A DNA stretch of 64,000 nt from Eledone cirrhosa (taxonomy: Eukaryota), in NCBI GenBank assembly GCA_964016885.1, contig OZ024746.1, positions 45,508,001 through 45,572,000 of the forward strand, given 5' to 3'. Both the position numbers and the translations under genes were made by a program. Within the stretch, counting starts at the first letter, position 1. Each line of letters begins with the position of its first letter. The notes under the pieces are model-generated. The model saw nothing but the letters and a program-made list of their open reading frames with translations, did no database searches and was not told the origin of the DNA. This document shows positions 37,899 to 52,900 of the stretch, piece after piece.

Positions 37899-39050
37899 GA
37901 GTTCCCAGCCTTTTTTTGCGTCATTGCCCACTTTCACATGGAAAGTTTTTCCATCACCCACCTCTATAATAAATATACAAAATCATAGATGTAGTAAAAT
38001 ATACCAAAATGAGGCAACCAATAATGCTGACTTATGCAGCAGCTTCTGCTGCTAATACTGTTTAAATGGTCAAGCAGACTTGACCCTTTAAAACTGTATA
38101 TTATTAAATTTAATTATAAAGGATATAATTTAGTTTCATGGTCAAGGTTAGTTTTATGGTTCAGGATAGTAAATATGTCACTTAGGAAAAAGTATCACAT
38201 TTTTAAGCAATCAGTGAAGTGATTTGACAAGATGGACAACACAGGTACCTTTTGACAACCATTGTACTTCCGCATGGTACAAAAGCCTCACATAATCATC
38301 ACCATTATCAAAGTACAGTTGACAGAAAATTTGTTCAGTCAATGAATTTGATTTTAGCTTTTTCAATTTTAATAACTAACTGCAATGCACGGGCAACAAT
38401 ATTGTTTAATGGGATGTTATGCTCGTTAAAAAATAGCTTTAATAAATTAAAAATAGACGTCCTTTTTTAGTCAAGCAACAATTGATCGGTGAACACTGTT
38501 GATTCGTTAACTTGTATGGAAAATTCAGAACTCCAGAGATTATGGATGAGTTGATGTTTGACATTGGTGGCCATTTCATCTATACATCGAGAAGTTGTCT
38601 TATTACTAAGCGGAATTGTCTTCATAATTGTGTCAGGCTTTTTATGCATTACAGATGAGAGAACTTCTTCAATGACAGGTCAAAGTAATTTTTCTCATAT
38701 AGTTTAGGACTTACTGGCATTTGTGACCTGTAACGCAATGTTGAACGATGCAATCATTCCATTATCTTGCTACATAGTTACTTTCTGAAATTCTGAGATC
38801 AACGTTTTCCACTTTTTGGATAAGGTCTTAAGTTGTATGAAATATGACAAAGGTTTCTCCTTCTGGTCAGCATGCTTAGAATATAAATGTTACTTTATGC
38901 AAGAAGGCTTCAATGCTTATTGATATACATATGCAAATAATATACATATGTAATTGACTGCTCTGAGGAGAAGCAATAAACCAAATAGATAAAATAAACA
39001 ATGCTGTATTGACGACAAATTTTCTTAAATGGAGACATTGGGGTCTTTAA
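37899..39050 (-). mobile_element. hAT (Buster/Charlie-type) transposon relic, internally deleted
   Basis: TIPLSNKTTSRCIDEMATNVKHQL..SEFSIQVNEST (cf. IPLSxxTVxRRIxEM..FSLQLDEST); upstream KPSCIK..KHADQK BED-adjacent remnant; Charlie-like end gagttcccagccttttttt at 37899. Confidence 0.8.
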
Positions 39051-42000
39051 AAATCTTACACTATACAGAGAAAATAGTAGGAACAATGAATAGCAAAATT
39101 TTCGTTCTCCAAGTTATGTTGTTATTTGAAGACCAATTTCAATAATCCAAAAATACGAGGATGCAAGAGCATTACAGTCACTTGATGATCATTACAATAA
39201 CTTAAAGTAGCCACCTTACTGAAAGTCCATTTTTCTGCTGTCCAGTTCAATAACAAATTTGCAGTAAAGGAACATCATCAACAGGTCGTCTTTTACAAGC
39301 TTGCAGGCAATACTCTACAGTTGCCTGTATATATGAGCATGTACATTGAGCTGTGAACAGGTCACATCTTCTCATATTGTCACAAATTCTCATATTTTGT
39401 CTGACATTTTGAAGACAGAGAAAAGAGCTAGACAATCGAAGATAGCTGGTGGGGAGCTGAAAATAGTTGACAAAAAGGTGTCATTGTCATTGACTAGCAT
39501 AGCAGTATCATCAAAACTACAGAAAAGAAATCAAACATATGGATGAATTTATGAAATGTATTGAATGAGCTATTGCACAACTGATTAGAAAGATCATTAG
39601 TTTAGAAGAGATTCAGTTTGGGTTTGTGTTTAGACTGGTTACCACTGACACATGCTTTTCACCAAGAAAACAGAAGTTAAATAATGATGATGATGATGAA
39701 TATGACAAAGCTTTTAGCTATGAGGAAGCTGCCAATCAGTTTAGCATTCATTGATCTAGACATCTTTCACAGGGTGCCACAGTTTGTAATCTGATGGCCT
39801 CTAAGAGAATCAGGCATAACTGAATGCCTTATGAGAGCCATGTAAGGAATGTGCAAATAAAATGTCAGTGATATGAGAAATGACCATGAGTTCCTTGAGT
39901 TATAGACACATAGGTAGTTATCAATCAGGTCGTAAGTCATCATCTACTCCTGTTTATTATAGATGTCTATATCATAAAAGAGATGTTTACGATTGGTTGC
40001 CTGTGGAAATACCTGTATGCCAATTATCTAGTTTGCATAGCTGACTCCTTTAAGAGACCATATGAAGAAATCCAAGCATAAGGGAAAACCTAGAAAAAGT
40101 AAACATTAAATTTTACCTGACAAGACGAAAAATTTAATTTGCAGGAAAGAAGTGAAAACTCTATTGTCATCAGGGATGTGTTTGTATTCAGAGAATAAGT
40201 GTGGAGAATAAGTGTGGAGGAACTCTATACTGTGTGCCAAATTGGTGTACAAATCAAATTGGTGTACAAATCATGCAGTATCATAGCAGACAAGCTGACT
40301 AAGATAATTTTATCTGTAATAGATGCACAAGTAGTACGAACACTCATGAAATAACCTATTTTTTTCTTTTTTAATGTTCAGAAGGCGCCTTAGAATGAGC
40401 TGATAGTTCCTAATATGGTAAATAATGCAGTAACAGGTTCTAGGAAAATTAAAGCAGCAAGGTTTTAACCAGCATAGACATAAGTTTACACAAACTACCA
40501 GTCAAAAACCAGCTGATTTTGTTTTCCCTGTACCTGTTACTGTGTTGTTTACTCGAGTAATAAGATCTTTTTCATTTATGCTGTCAAATTTGTTTTACTT
40601 TCTTCTTTGTATCATTCTAGTTGCTGGTTTAAACCTTGCTATCATCTGAAGAAAATATGATTATATAATTTTTATGAAGTCAGACATCACATTTTCACAT
40701 CATTTAGTTAGACTTGCAAAAATATGAAATATGAATAGCTTTTTTAACTTCTATGATACTCTATAAAAGAATAATCTAAAAAAAATATCCATTATCTCCA
40801 TTTTCTGTTTATGAAATAAAGTTATGTACACTGTCACTGCACATAATTAATGTCTGTTAATAACAGTTCAGATGTATAATTAGTTCTAAAATGCTGAGCA
40901 GACATCCTATATCAATTTAATGGTTGGGATATAATGTTATGTGCTGCTCAATACAATTATGTATATAATTATGCGTGATGTCTCTTATGTCAATCCCTAA
41001 GTAAGATTTATAGAGATTTCGTTTTAAGAGTTGTTTTTTTATATTTGTTTTCTTAGTTTATGTTTTAGTTGTGATTATATAATTCTATTTTCTTTCTATT
41101 TGCATACTTTGTGTCATTGAGCTATTAATTCTCTATCCTTGTCTGCAAAATAGTAATCATCAACACTAGCATCATCACTAACATCATAATCTTCTTTGTT
41201 GTCATTCATTGCACTGACTTCCACAGACATTGTTGTGGTAGTCACTGTCATCTAGAGAAGATTTAACACCATATTTTACATCTTCTCTACTACTGCAAAC
41301 ACCAACTCCTATCATCATCTTCAGTAGAAGCAGTTGCCAATTTTAACTTTTTCTATATCTGACTGATTTGAGGCAGTGAATTTTGTTCATTCAAATCACT
41401 CCAAAATTATTCCTGATTTTTATTTTATTGTCAACAACTTTCTCAACTATTTAAATGACAAACATTGTAATTCAGAAGTGCTTTTTAGCAAGGCATATGA
41501 CATTAGCATGGCAGTTGCTGACAGAATATTTTAAAGTAAAGTACGTGTCCAGCAGCACATATGTTATATATGATATATGTTTTAGCATAGAGTGTCTCCT
41601 CTAGCCAAGTGAAAAGTCTGTGGAGGAATTGTGGTAGTTAAGGAATCTTTAACATATCCAAAAAAGATTAACATCTACCAATGGTTACTAGATTTCTTGT
41701 TGGAACAAGGGCATACATTGATCAGTTCATTCAACAACTTTCTATTCTGTTTGTTCAATGATTCCGTTATGTTAGGTAGAACATGGTTCAAGTTAATTGA
41801 TATTATTTTTTTTTAATCAATGTATTGCTATAGCACAATATAGTGAAGAGGATAGCTATGATAATTTATATGAAAATCTTATTGATGCAGGGAGGAAACT
41901 TGTTCTGGTTTCTTAGAATAAGAAAGAGATGAAGTCAAATGATTGAGTGAAGTCACAATATTAGAATATTCTCTCTGATTATGTGGTATAGTAGTGACAA

Positions 42001-42289
42001 ACATACAGTACCAGATAAAGTGCTTTCTAGTTTTTAGTGTGATACCTCTACATTTTGAGTTTAAAATCATACGAGAGTAGATCTGCTCATTTATCCATTT
42101 GTATTTAATAAAACAAATACCAGACATATGGTTTGTTCAATTCCTTTGATTATACCCTCTGCACAAACCGATTCTGAACTTTGTACTTAATATGAGAAAC
42201 CAATATTAAAATATTAATGTGCTAATTATATAAAGTCATTTACCAATATAACATATAACTGTTCATTTTAATGAAGAAGCCTATATATA

Positions 42290-42475
42290 TATAGTAATGG
42301 CTTCTACAGGACTAGAACTGTTTCCTTTGGGAGAAATCATCAGGAAGACCATGTCTCCCGAATGAAACAGTTCTAGTCCTGTAAAAGCCATTTCTATATT
42401 AAATATTTATACTCTGCTATGTATTGAGTACCTTACTTACTGTAGTTACCTCCGATTGAATTGTGGGATACACAT
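42290..42475. mobile_element. Small fold-back insert in (TA)n: 45-bp inverted arms plus a one-sided extension (Penelope-like terminal structure)
   Basis: 42290-42334 versus the reverse complement of 42354-42398 match at ~41/45; (TA)n lies on both sides. Confidence 0.75.
42299..42350 (-). ncRNA. Type I hammerhead ribozyme
   Basis: Minus strand gg(t)cttc-CTGATGA-ttt-ctccca-aag-GAA-ACAG-ttctagtc-CTGT-A-gaagcc: stems I, II (3 bp) and III (4 bp), canonical core, GUA triplet. Confidence 0.75.
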
Positions 42476-45400
42476 ATATATATATAACCCATGCTCGCAT
42501 GGAAAAATGGACGTTAAACAATGATGATGATGATGATATATATGTGTGTGTGTATGCATGTATATACACTCTGATTAACAATTAACAATTAAACGACCAC
42601 CCAGTTAATAGACTAATTAATGAATTGATTAGTTACTCACCTCATATACACTTTCAGGTAAAGTGTGATACTCCCAAAGAATGACCACTGTTAGATAACA
42701 GATTTCAGGGCTGCCACTGTCAATGTCTATATATATTTTAAATATACAAATTCCTCTTCAATTCATTTCCCAACATCTCCCCCTTTCTATTGTCTTCTAT
42801 CTTCATTGTTCCCTCTAGCATATCCTAACTCTGTATATTTCTTTTAAACTATTGTGATATCTCTCTAATTTCTCTCAGTTGTAGAATTGTTCCTCCTATC
42901 TAACTCTCCTCTCGTATTCATGTTATCTTTTCTGCTCTCCATCTTTTCTCTATCGCTCCCTATATTTAGTCAGGAAAAGGTGCATACATTTGATTTTTTT
43001 ATGCTGTAGGAAAATTCCAACTTGAAGAAGATATAAGATTAATAGCTTATCTATCATTTGTAAATAAGTATAGCTTAGATATTCATTCTTTTACTCAGGT
43101 ATATAAATTCAAAACAATTTTTTCAATTAGACTAAGCTTGTTTACAAAATGCATTATGCAATATGTTGTGTTGTGTAATGTATAATTAAAAACAGTGAGC
43201 ATATTATTTAGAATATGTCTGGAAAACTGTAAGGACATTGGAACAAACTTAATTTAGATAAGGATACAAAAAATTCCAGTTATTTAAAGAGGGGTACGAC
43301 ACTTGAGAAATTTCTCAGTGGATAACTTTAAGCTTTTGAATAGCATTCAACATTAGTTACATAATTTACGTTTACATTTATTGTGTGCAGTTACCAACTC
43401 TCTAAAGGTATCAAGTAGTTTGGGTGTGTTTATCAGAATTTTAGTAAAGAATTCAAGAGAGATCTTTAAAAAGTGGTTTCAGTCTGAGGTACCGTAAAAA
43501 CAAATTACACAAAAACTAAGCTGAAACACTTGTAAACTCGTAAAATTAAACAGATATCAAAATACATTAGCATAGTAAGCAGCGATCAAATACAAAAATA
43601 GTTAATGACAAAAAGAGTGAAATACTAAAAAAGGATTGAGTAGAAATATTACAATCAGTTTTCAGGAAATTATAAAGCGTAAGTATATACTTCACACTTT
43701 CTCCAGAAACCATATATTGCAGCCAGTTTATTATTGGTCTCAAGTACAGATTGTTGCCAAATATCTTTATACTTTTGCCAAATATTCTGACATTCTGTGC
43801 CAAAATATTTCCCATGTTAGCCTGAAGTAATTTTCATATTGGATTATTACAAAATGTCCATTCTGAGCATCAGTACTATTTGAAATAAAGATAAAAACAT
43901 TTGTTTCTTAAGGCAATTAATGCTAGAAGCTATTTTGCTACCTTTACTTCAACTATAGTTTGTTTGTTCTTTATATTGTGTCAGTAAATGCCAACTTATG
44001 TTCTAATCCTGAGGGTAGTAGGTTTATTTGTGCTCCTATAAACATTGTAACATCATCATCATCATCATTGAAGAATTCTCTAATTATAAAAAAAATACCT
44101 GAAATGAATCCATTTCACTCTGACAAAAAAGATTTTTACACATTAAATATCTCTCAAAGTAGAAAGTAAAATAAAGGGTTTTAACCAACAATCCAAAACA
44201 ATATAAAGATTAGGTTAGTCCATGCAAAAATGCCATATAATTTCAATCGTACAATTAAATTTTATTCAATCTCATCATCAAAGCAGCTGATATCATTAAA
44301 TAAGCTCACTTGAAGTAATCAATTCCACATCTGTCTTTGAGTTTGAAAATGTTTTGTTAAAGATAATAGAGTGTCGGAAGAGCTATTACTGAAACTAAAT
44401 TACTTGTATAATGAGAGAACAACGACACTTGTCCAAGCAATGGCAGCATTGCAGCCAAGCTATGGCAAAGTTAATGAACAGATAATTAGCAAAACTAATC
44501 TTCAAAAAGAGTTTAAGACAAATGCCATGCAGTCAAGTTATAAGAAATACATTAGAGCTTCAGTGATTTTGTCAAATATATTGTAAATCTGCGTTAAAAT
44601 CAATAAGAAACAGGATTACATTGCAGAAGTAGCAAAGACAAAAAATAATAACAAATAAATAAAGACTCTATTGGAAATGTTTAAGTTATACATTAGGAAT
44701 ACCATGGAGTTAATTTAGTTTATAGTTTACCATGCCATATATTCTCTACTTCACTTCCATTGTCAAACACGATTGGCTTATTCTTATACTTTCTAACTGT
44801 TTCTATTATCATTGTTTACCAAAGCACTCTGTATCTGTTTAGCAATAAACTAATGCAAATACAGCTATTCTTGATTCTATTTGACTCACCTGGATTATAC
44901 CTAATATATGAAACTTCTATTCTAGTTTATTCCTAAAATTAGAAGTTAGATATATATTGCATATTTATCACAAAGAAAAATAAAGGAAACAAAATTTAAT
45001 TAGAATTTGAAAAAACATTGTTCCCAATATGCATTTCTAATATAAAGATAATAAACTATGGTAAACAGAGATGGAGATCCTATTATGAAATTCCACTGCT
45101 GTTCTAAAACATATATAAACAGGAATAAACCAATGGAAAAAAATGTTGTTATGATTTAAAAAAAAAAAAAAGTTGATATCATTTTGAAAGATTTTGTTTT
45201 CTTGCACATACATAATTCTCCTTCATTTTTCTTAAATTGATTTGCTTTCTCAAAGCAAAGTGAATTTCTAAGAGAACATATGAAATAGTATATATATGTA
45301 TAAAGCAAAGAAAATATTTGAAGGATGAGGGCGTAACTTTATTCATGTAAACAATTGATCACATTTATTGTAGGTAACCTTATCATGATGACGATGACAA

Positions 45401-45895
45401 TTCTGCTTTTTTCTTTTGCTTTACATTTACCTACAATAGACACCCAAAATCTATGGTGGTTTGAGTTGTGAGGAATAGTAACACTCAAAAAGCAGTTAAA
45501 AGTAAGCCACCACCAAAACTTTATTTTGTAACAATTGATTTTAATTGCCAGTTCCTGTTTAATCATTTCCTGGGACAAACCTGGAAAGGGGTCAGCAACT
45601 GCACAACATAAATAGGATAAACCAAGAATGTGCTAAGGTTCTAAGCATGACCTTCCAAAAGTAATCCTTATGAATGATATATATTGTCCTGTAATTCCTT
45701 GTTAAACATCCCTAACAGACTTTACAAATCATAAGTATTTCTCTTCAGGTAGATCCCCACTAAAAAGTATCAACTGGTAATACTCTGTGATGTCTAAGCT
45801 ATTGTACAACTGTAGATTTTGAAGTATGAAACAGCAACAACATGTGAACACTGGTCTCCTTGATTGAGTCATTGACCTTAAATAAGGAAAACTAT

Positions 45896-46126
45896 TAACA
45901 CTTTAGCATTCAAATCAGCTATATCCAGCCAGAATTCTCCCACCTCTTTCTGTTCAAACTTACCATAACTGGCTGCTCATACTTATGTTAAGGTATTGTT
46001 CTCAAAATGAATAATATCAAAATCTCTTAGATTCTATATTATGTGGGATAATTATGTGAGATAGTGTTTATCGTGAAAATACAATAGTAATTATAGAGTA
46101 ATGTAAATGTTAAAGGAAAGGGTTAA
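45896..46126. mobile_element. piggyBac-like MITE, copy 1
   Basis: TTAA|cactttagcatt ... aaaggg|TTAA; colinear with 54092-54320. Confidence 0.75.
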
Positions 46127-46861
46127 AGATAAGAAGGTAAATACTTTCATTCTTTCAATACAAATATTTAAACTAACAGCCATGAATATCTTTGAAATAA
46201 CATGGCACACTAGTAACTTTAGTAATGTATCAGATTTTCTTCATAACAGGTTCTAATATATGCCAAAGTAAAATGACAGAGTTGATAGCTGAGAAAATAA
46301 ATAATGGTTTCTGATTTAGGCACAAGGCCAACCAAGTTTTAGTGGAGGAGAAAGTCGATGAAATTATGTATTGCTATCCACCACACAAAAGACAAATGAA
46401 ATCAATCTGTTATGAAAGATTTTAGAATAATGAAAGTATTTAAAGAACAGAAGTGTTTGTTTTTTTAATGTAATTTTCATATTAAAAATATTTACATTCT
46501 CAATTATATATTTGATATTCTTCCATACCAAAAGTTGATAACACACAATCAATTTGCCAGTTGTTCCATGAAATATTCCAAAAGTGACACTTAGATGAGC
46601 TGTGCTAATGTACAATCACTGAAGCTACAATATTTCATAAAAAGCAATTGTAATGTAATAAAGAATAAAGATAAAGGCAACTAAAAAGATTAAAACCACA
46701 AAGTTTATTTTTTAAATATGTTTAATGTCACAAAGGATAAAAATCAAAGGTTTTACACTTACAACTAAAAAAACTAGAAAGTTTGTTAAAAAAACAGTTT
46801 TAATGTCATAAAAGATCATGACTTGTTCCATTTATTAATTTACACTCACATGTAAAGATAA

Positions 46862-46992
46862 TTGTTTCTACTATTGGCACAAGGCCAGCAATTACCCAGT
46901 ACATTACTGGTACTTTATTTTATCGACCCCGTAAGGATGAAAGGCAAAGTTAACCTTGGCGGGATTTGAACTCAGAATGGCAAGGGCCGTAA
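46862..46992 (-). mobile_element. Family-A SINE, partial
   Basis: Reverse complement of gagttcaaatcccgccaaggttaactttgcctttcatccttacggggtcgataaaataaagtaccag plus the tail. Confidence 0.85.
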
Positions 46993-47149
46993 AGATAACA
47001 TTATCTTTACTCATATGTAAAGATAATGTTAAAGCAAATGTGTAAAAGGTGTGATTTACTAAGCAGAAAATAAAATTACTAAGTGAGCTTCCAAACAGCA
47101 CTACTAGTAGCTATTATATGTAAAAATCTAGTTTTAAAGCCAAAGAGCA

Positions 47150-49900
47150 AAATTTGATATTCTTAAGTGAAAAACACAAAGCAAACCTGGACTAGAATCT
47201 TTAGTACAATATGCTAAAAATGAAGATGTGATCGTCATAGTTAGAACACATGTCAGAAGCAATTTTTTTATTACTGAAAACTGCACAACTGACAAACATT
47301 GATCTGCTGGATTGATGGTCATACATCTTAAGTATGGTATGATATCATGGACATGTAACTCCTCAAAACAGACTTTACCTTAACTGCGATATTTTGCAGT
47401 GATGTTAACGATCAACAAATACCATTAGTTGGGACGGTGAAATGAATAAAAATTCAAAATATATTCTTAGCGAAACATTCCAAAGAGAGATTAATTTATC
47501 TATGAAACTTTCTCTCGAAAAAAGATATAAAACAACAATATTAAACAAGAAACCAAATAAAGAAATTCTGTGTGTTAACAATGAAATCAAAGGTGAGTAT
47601 TTACAACAAATTAAAGCCTCTACATTTTTGGAAAATAAACGAGTCTATATGCCTTATTAACGATAGTAAAGCATTATCCTGGTGACAATAACAAAACAAC
47701 ACAAAAAATGTCATTGTATATTTAAAAAATGAAAAAAGATCACTGATCTATGTAAAACTATTGGGCCCTCAAACAAAAAGAAAAACTACATTCCTCACCG
47801 ACAAAGAGTGAAAAATGAAATAAAAATGTTGTTTGGAGACTAATCACCCTCAAACAAGAACTGAGAGCTGTCAGTAAAAACTTCCAACATCACAAGAGAT
47901 TGGCTAAAAGGAAAATTATTAATAAAAGATTCAACCAAATCCAAACATCAGTCTATAGAGATCTGAGGATCAAATCAATAAATGTCACTAAGGCTTAATA
48001 CCAGAAAGACAGATTCCTGCTGGAGAAAAATATAAAGTGAGGAAGAGAAGTTCAACCAAGATGCAATACAGTTGAAAGAGATCCGAATGAATTATTACTG
48101 TGCATTGCACTGAAAACATGCTGCATCAAGAAAGATACTCTTGAGAATATGATAGGAAAACTTCAAGATAAAAAAGTACAAGGAAGTGACTTGATTAATA
48201 GTTACTGGTATGAAAAGCTAACTTTCTATCAGTTGTATCTTATCAACCTCAACCATCAAGCTCTCAAGGCAGACACACATATATCAAGCTGGTTCACATT
48301 AGCAGAAATAAGATTGGTCCCCCAAAACAAAGAAAAACACTTGGCAAAAATCTACAACTGTATTGCATGCCAAAATCTAATGTATAAAATGGATACAGCC
48401 TGTCTGTGACAATGATGATATCATCTCAGATGAGCAAGCAACTGGGAAGAAAGGAGTTCGGTGGTGTGATGAATATCTAATTAAGAAAACTGTGATGTCA
48501 GAGGTATGGTGACATAAGATGATCCTGGTTACAATCTGGCTGGACTACGGGAAAGTATTCGACTCTGTTACCCACTCTTGGATGCTTAAGGCCCTTTTAC
48601 TCACTAAAGTCCCTAATACCATAATCAGAGCCATAGAGAACCTATCTTCTTCCTGGGCCACTATCCTGAAATTAAATACAGAGAAGGAGGACTATATTGC
48701 CACTGATAATATAGAATATTGGAGGTGTATATTTCAAGAAGACAGTCTTTCTGTGATGCTATTTATATTGTCAGTAAACCCCTTGTCTTTCATGCTGAAG
48801 GATACATAATTGGCTCACAGGAGGCCACAAATGCAAACCTAACGCACAGCTTTTTTGTGGATGTACTGAAACTTAAGACCAAGAATATAAATGGTATGAA
48901 GGAAAACCTTGATCTGGTTACGACCTTCTCAAAAGATATAGGAATGGAGTTTGGCCCATATAAATCTTTCTATATGATTGTAAATTGAGGGACATCTACA
49001 AGCCAATTTAGTAACATCTCTATCAATGGCTTGGCTGTTTCACTGGTATCTAGTTAGGACTGCTACAGATACTTAGAGATAGATAAAAATGCATCCTATG
49101 ATAGTATTTCTAACAAGGAACAAGTAACCAGGGAATATAACATCCGAATAAGAAAGATATGGTCTTCAGAATGCTCTGTCCACAATATATCAGTGGCCCA
49201 CAATGTGTTTTCTGTGCCTGTGCTGACACTAACATTTGGACTACTTGACTGGATGTTGGATGAGATCTGAAACATTGATGTTACAACCTCAAAACTTCTC
49301 ACTGGAATAGGAATGCCCAGATGTGATAACAAATGCAGACTCTGTGAAATAAACATTGAGGATGTCACCCACATTATAAGTAGTTGTAGAACGATGTCAT
49401 CATGATTCTATCTACCTAGGCATGATGTAGTGATCAAAACACTATATAATACAATCAATAGGAAGGGTAGTCCTGAGAATAAACATAAAAATTTACAGTG
49501 ATGTGGAGAGCATATGCATATATAATATGAAAGAGTCAAAACTCCAATAAATTACAAACATAACAGAACAGACATAGTGATATAGGACAGAGAAAATAAG
49601 GCATGCACAGTAGTAGAAATCAGCTGTTCAGCGGATGTCAATATAATACTAAAGATTAGAGAAAAGGACATTTATGCTGAACTAATGAGGAACTGCAGAT
49701 ATTCCACTCTGAATATACCTTTAGATGTGTACCATTGATCACTGGAGCTCTGGGATATATTGCTAACTGTCTCAGTACAAATCCTATAAAGCTGGAATTC
49801 ACAGAACCAGAAAAAGCATGACTAGTTAGGAAGTTGCGAGTTCAGTGCATTAATAGAACTGTCAAAATATGTAAAACATTTCAGAAATTCAGCGTGTAAT
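47150..49900 (+). mobile_element. Decayed R4/Dong-clade LINE (RT, CCHC finger, restriction-like endonuclease)
   Basis: GSDLINSYWYEKL, IACQNLMYK, WLDYGKVFDSVTHSW, IFQEDSLS, HSFFVDVLKL, DIGMEFG, CRLCEINIEDVTHIISSC, RHDVV and HNRTDIVI*DRENKACTVVEISC (PD-(D/E)xK-type). The 5' boundary is uncertain. Confidence 0.88.
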
Positions 49901-52900
49901 AACTGCATATACACATGAATAGACACAAAAACAAATGAACGTGTACACATATAAATCAAAACATGCAGATCCATGTATGTAATTACATCCATACATGCAC
50001 ACACGAATACACCCAAACACATTCAGACATAAATACATATTTACCTAGTTCATATTGTCTAAATTTTGATGAGTATTGTTTCTATTTTAGAAACCGGCTT
50101 TCTCTTTATTAGTGAAAATTTATAAAATAACAAACCAGAAGAACATACATTCATACTACTGTCGATGCACATTACTTTCACTATTTTTGGTCCCTGTGGC
50201 TAGAAATTGATTTTGAAGCAGTTTTATTTATTTTGTTCTGGAAAATTCTATGAAATAAATTTATATTGATATCATTTTTGAATACACATCACATTAACGT
50301 TTTGACAAGGCGATTTTGCTTTAAATTATTTTGAAAGAAAAGTAACCTCTTGGAAAAAGAATTTTAGTTAAACGATAAGACCTCTTGAAAAGTAGGAAAA
50401 AGTGAAAATGTTTCAAAAGGAAGGTGGGTGGCAAGACATTTTAAGAATGGAGATTTTGAAAAATATTTATTTTATCTATTTATTTATTTTTTTTTTTTTT
50501 CAGAAGGCAAGAATTTGCAAATGTCATTAGAATATGAGACAAATTACTTTGCAATATTTGTTCCATTGTTCTCTACTGTATGTTAAAATCTTGCCAATGT
50601 CAATTTTACCTTTATTTCTTTCAGAGCTGACAAAATAAAGTATTTGTCAAGGGCATTGGGATGATGGAATTTTTAAACTGACGAATGAGATGCATCATGG
50701 TATTTGTTCATGCTCTTTGCATTTGAGTTCAAATCCAGCTGCCACCTACTTGGTAAGTAGATTTAATCTATTGCCCAGTTTAACACTCCTACCTGGCCCT
50801 AGAGGGCTTTCAGCAGAGTTGATTCTGTTTTAGGCATGCAGAACAGATCTCTTATTTGAACATAACTTCCTTCCTTCTTCCCTAATACTAAAACTGGAAG
50901 CTCAGAAAAGGGTTGTTTCATCAATTCGATTACCTATTCATTGAATTATAGTGTAAGTGGCTGCATATTCAACTAACACGTGTACTCATAACATACTTTT
51001 TTAGAGAGAACCAATGTGACACAATATGTGTCAAGGCTGGATCTTTGAATTACAGATAGAATTCATTAGATGGACTTCTATACATTTTTGCTCACAAGGT
51101 TAGATTTGACTTGCAGCTACAGTAAAAGAGACTTGCCTAACATGCTATCAAGTGAAATCAAACCCAGAACCTTATAATTATAAAGTAAACTTCTTAACCA
51201 GTCAGCTATGCTTTCCTCATAAAGTAATAAATTGTACAAACTAAAATTGAGGAAGACAAAAAAATATGCAGTTGATGAATTTAAATTGTTTAAGCTGCTC
51301 TTAATACCTGGGGAACATCCTACCAAGTGTCAGAACTGAAAACAGATATATATTTAGATATCAAGTGTAAACCTCTGTCAGAAACATTTTTGGTCCATTT
51401 CAAAAAGTTTGAGATTTATAGAGAGAGGAAATGAGATGCTGCTTTTTTCTGAAAGGATAATTTTAGATGAAATGAAGTTATACGACTACTTGAGGAAATG
51501 AAATATGTGCCAAAGACTCAGCTTGCCAAGTGATTACCTAAACTCCATGATGTTTAAACTCCAAGGAACAGTTATTAATGATTGATATTGTTGAAAGTGG
51601 TATACAAATCTAACAAATGGTAGGGATTACTTTATGTAAGAAGGCATTGGTAAATTATATTTACATTCAGATAGATGTATATGTGTGTATGTGTGTGTAT
51701 GCATGTGTGTTTAAACATATATACTGAAATAATATACCCAACAAATACAAATATGAAAACAAAATAAAACAACCTGAAAATAAAACCAAGTAAAGATATG
51801 CCCTTGGTTGGACAGCATCTCTCAGCCATGGTCCACAAAATGAAAAACAAAACATTGCCACAAAGAAAAGCCAGTAATATCCAGTATATTAGCCAATCCA
51901 TTTCACAGAGTTACTTTTTCAAAAGTCATGGCAGAGAATAATGGCAGTTCAGGGATTGAGAACATGGTAGGTCTCAGCTGCATGTGAAATAGAATCTATC
52001 TGCTACTATCTGGTATTTATACATTTACTCATCTGCATTTTAGATAACAATTCCTGGGATTATGACTAAAGCAATGAGATTAGCATGAGAGATTATATAA
52101 CAACATTTACTATCCTAGCTGATCAGAAAAAAAGGATATCCCAACCAAGTGGCCAGCTTCTTTGCAGAATGTAGTGAAATTAGAACCCTGAGATGACATG
52201 GCTGCAAGGCATTGATGCATCTGGGAAAGATTTTAGAATAGCAATTACATATTCTTTAGAAGTAGTTAAAGAAATATGACCACCAGGAGTTTAGATTGAT
52301 CTGATATCCACTGATGGATCTAAGTGCTTCAGTTGGAGCAATTATTAAATTTTTATAAATGTAGATGGCAGTATAAATGTTAAGGATAGTTGTAGTGAAC
52401 ATATAGACTAAAACATCTATGTTGACATTAAAAGGTACCTTGTTCTCCATGTGCAACAGGCAACAATTAGGAATCATTTCTTAAATGTGTTATTTTATTA
52501 TGGAGGCTGAATTTTAGCTGAGAAAAAATGGTTTAAATATGATGTTTGTAAAATAACATTAACTTGTATGAAAATTTGTCTGACACAAGGTAACATTGAT
52601 AAATAGGTATTAAAGCAATGAAGTAGAGATGGATCAATGCCATGTGTTCAATATCTTGGCATCAATCTATCATGTATTATGTTAAATATCACACTGGGAA
52701 CTGCTCCTGCCAAATCGGCACTGGCGTCCTGGAAAAAAACAATGTGGAGGACTGCTGCACAAACAGCAGATAAATTATTTGTAAGAGATCAATAGAAACA
52801 TTAAGAAGGGCTAATATTGATGTATATTCTTAGTATTGTTATCAAAGTAAATGCCAGAATGGTATAAACATATCATACTGGCTTTAGAGCTTCAATTCTG

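Noticed and set aside
52600-52740. Possible minus-strand exon after a ttttttccag acceptor
   Set aside because: All frames stop within ~30 codons, with no recognisable protein or matching donor.
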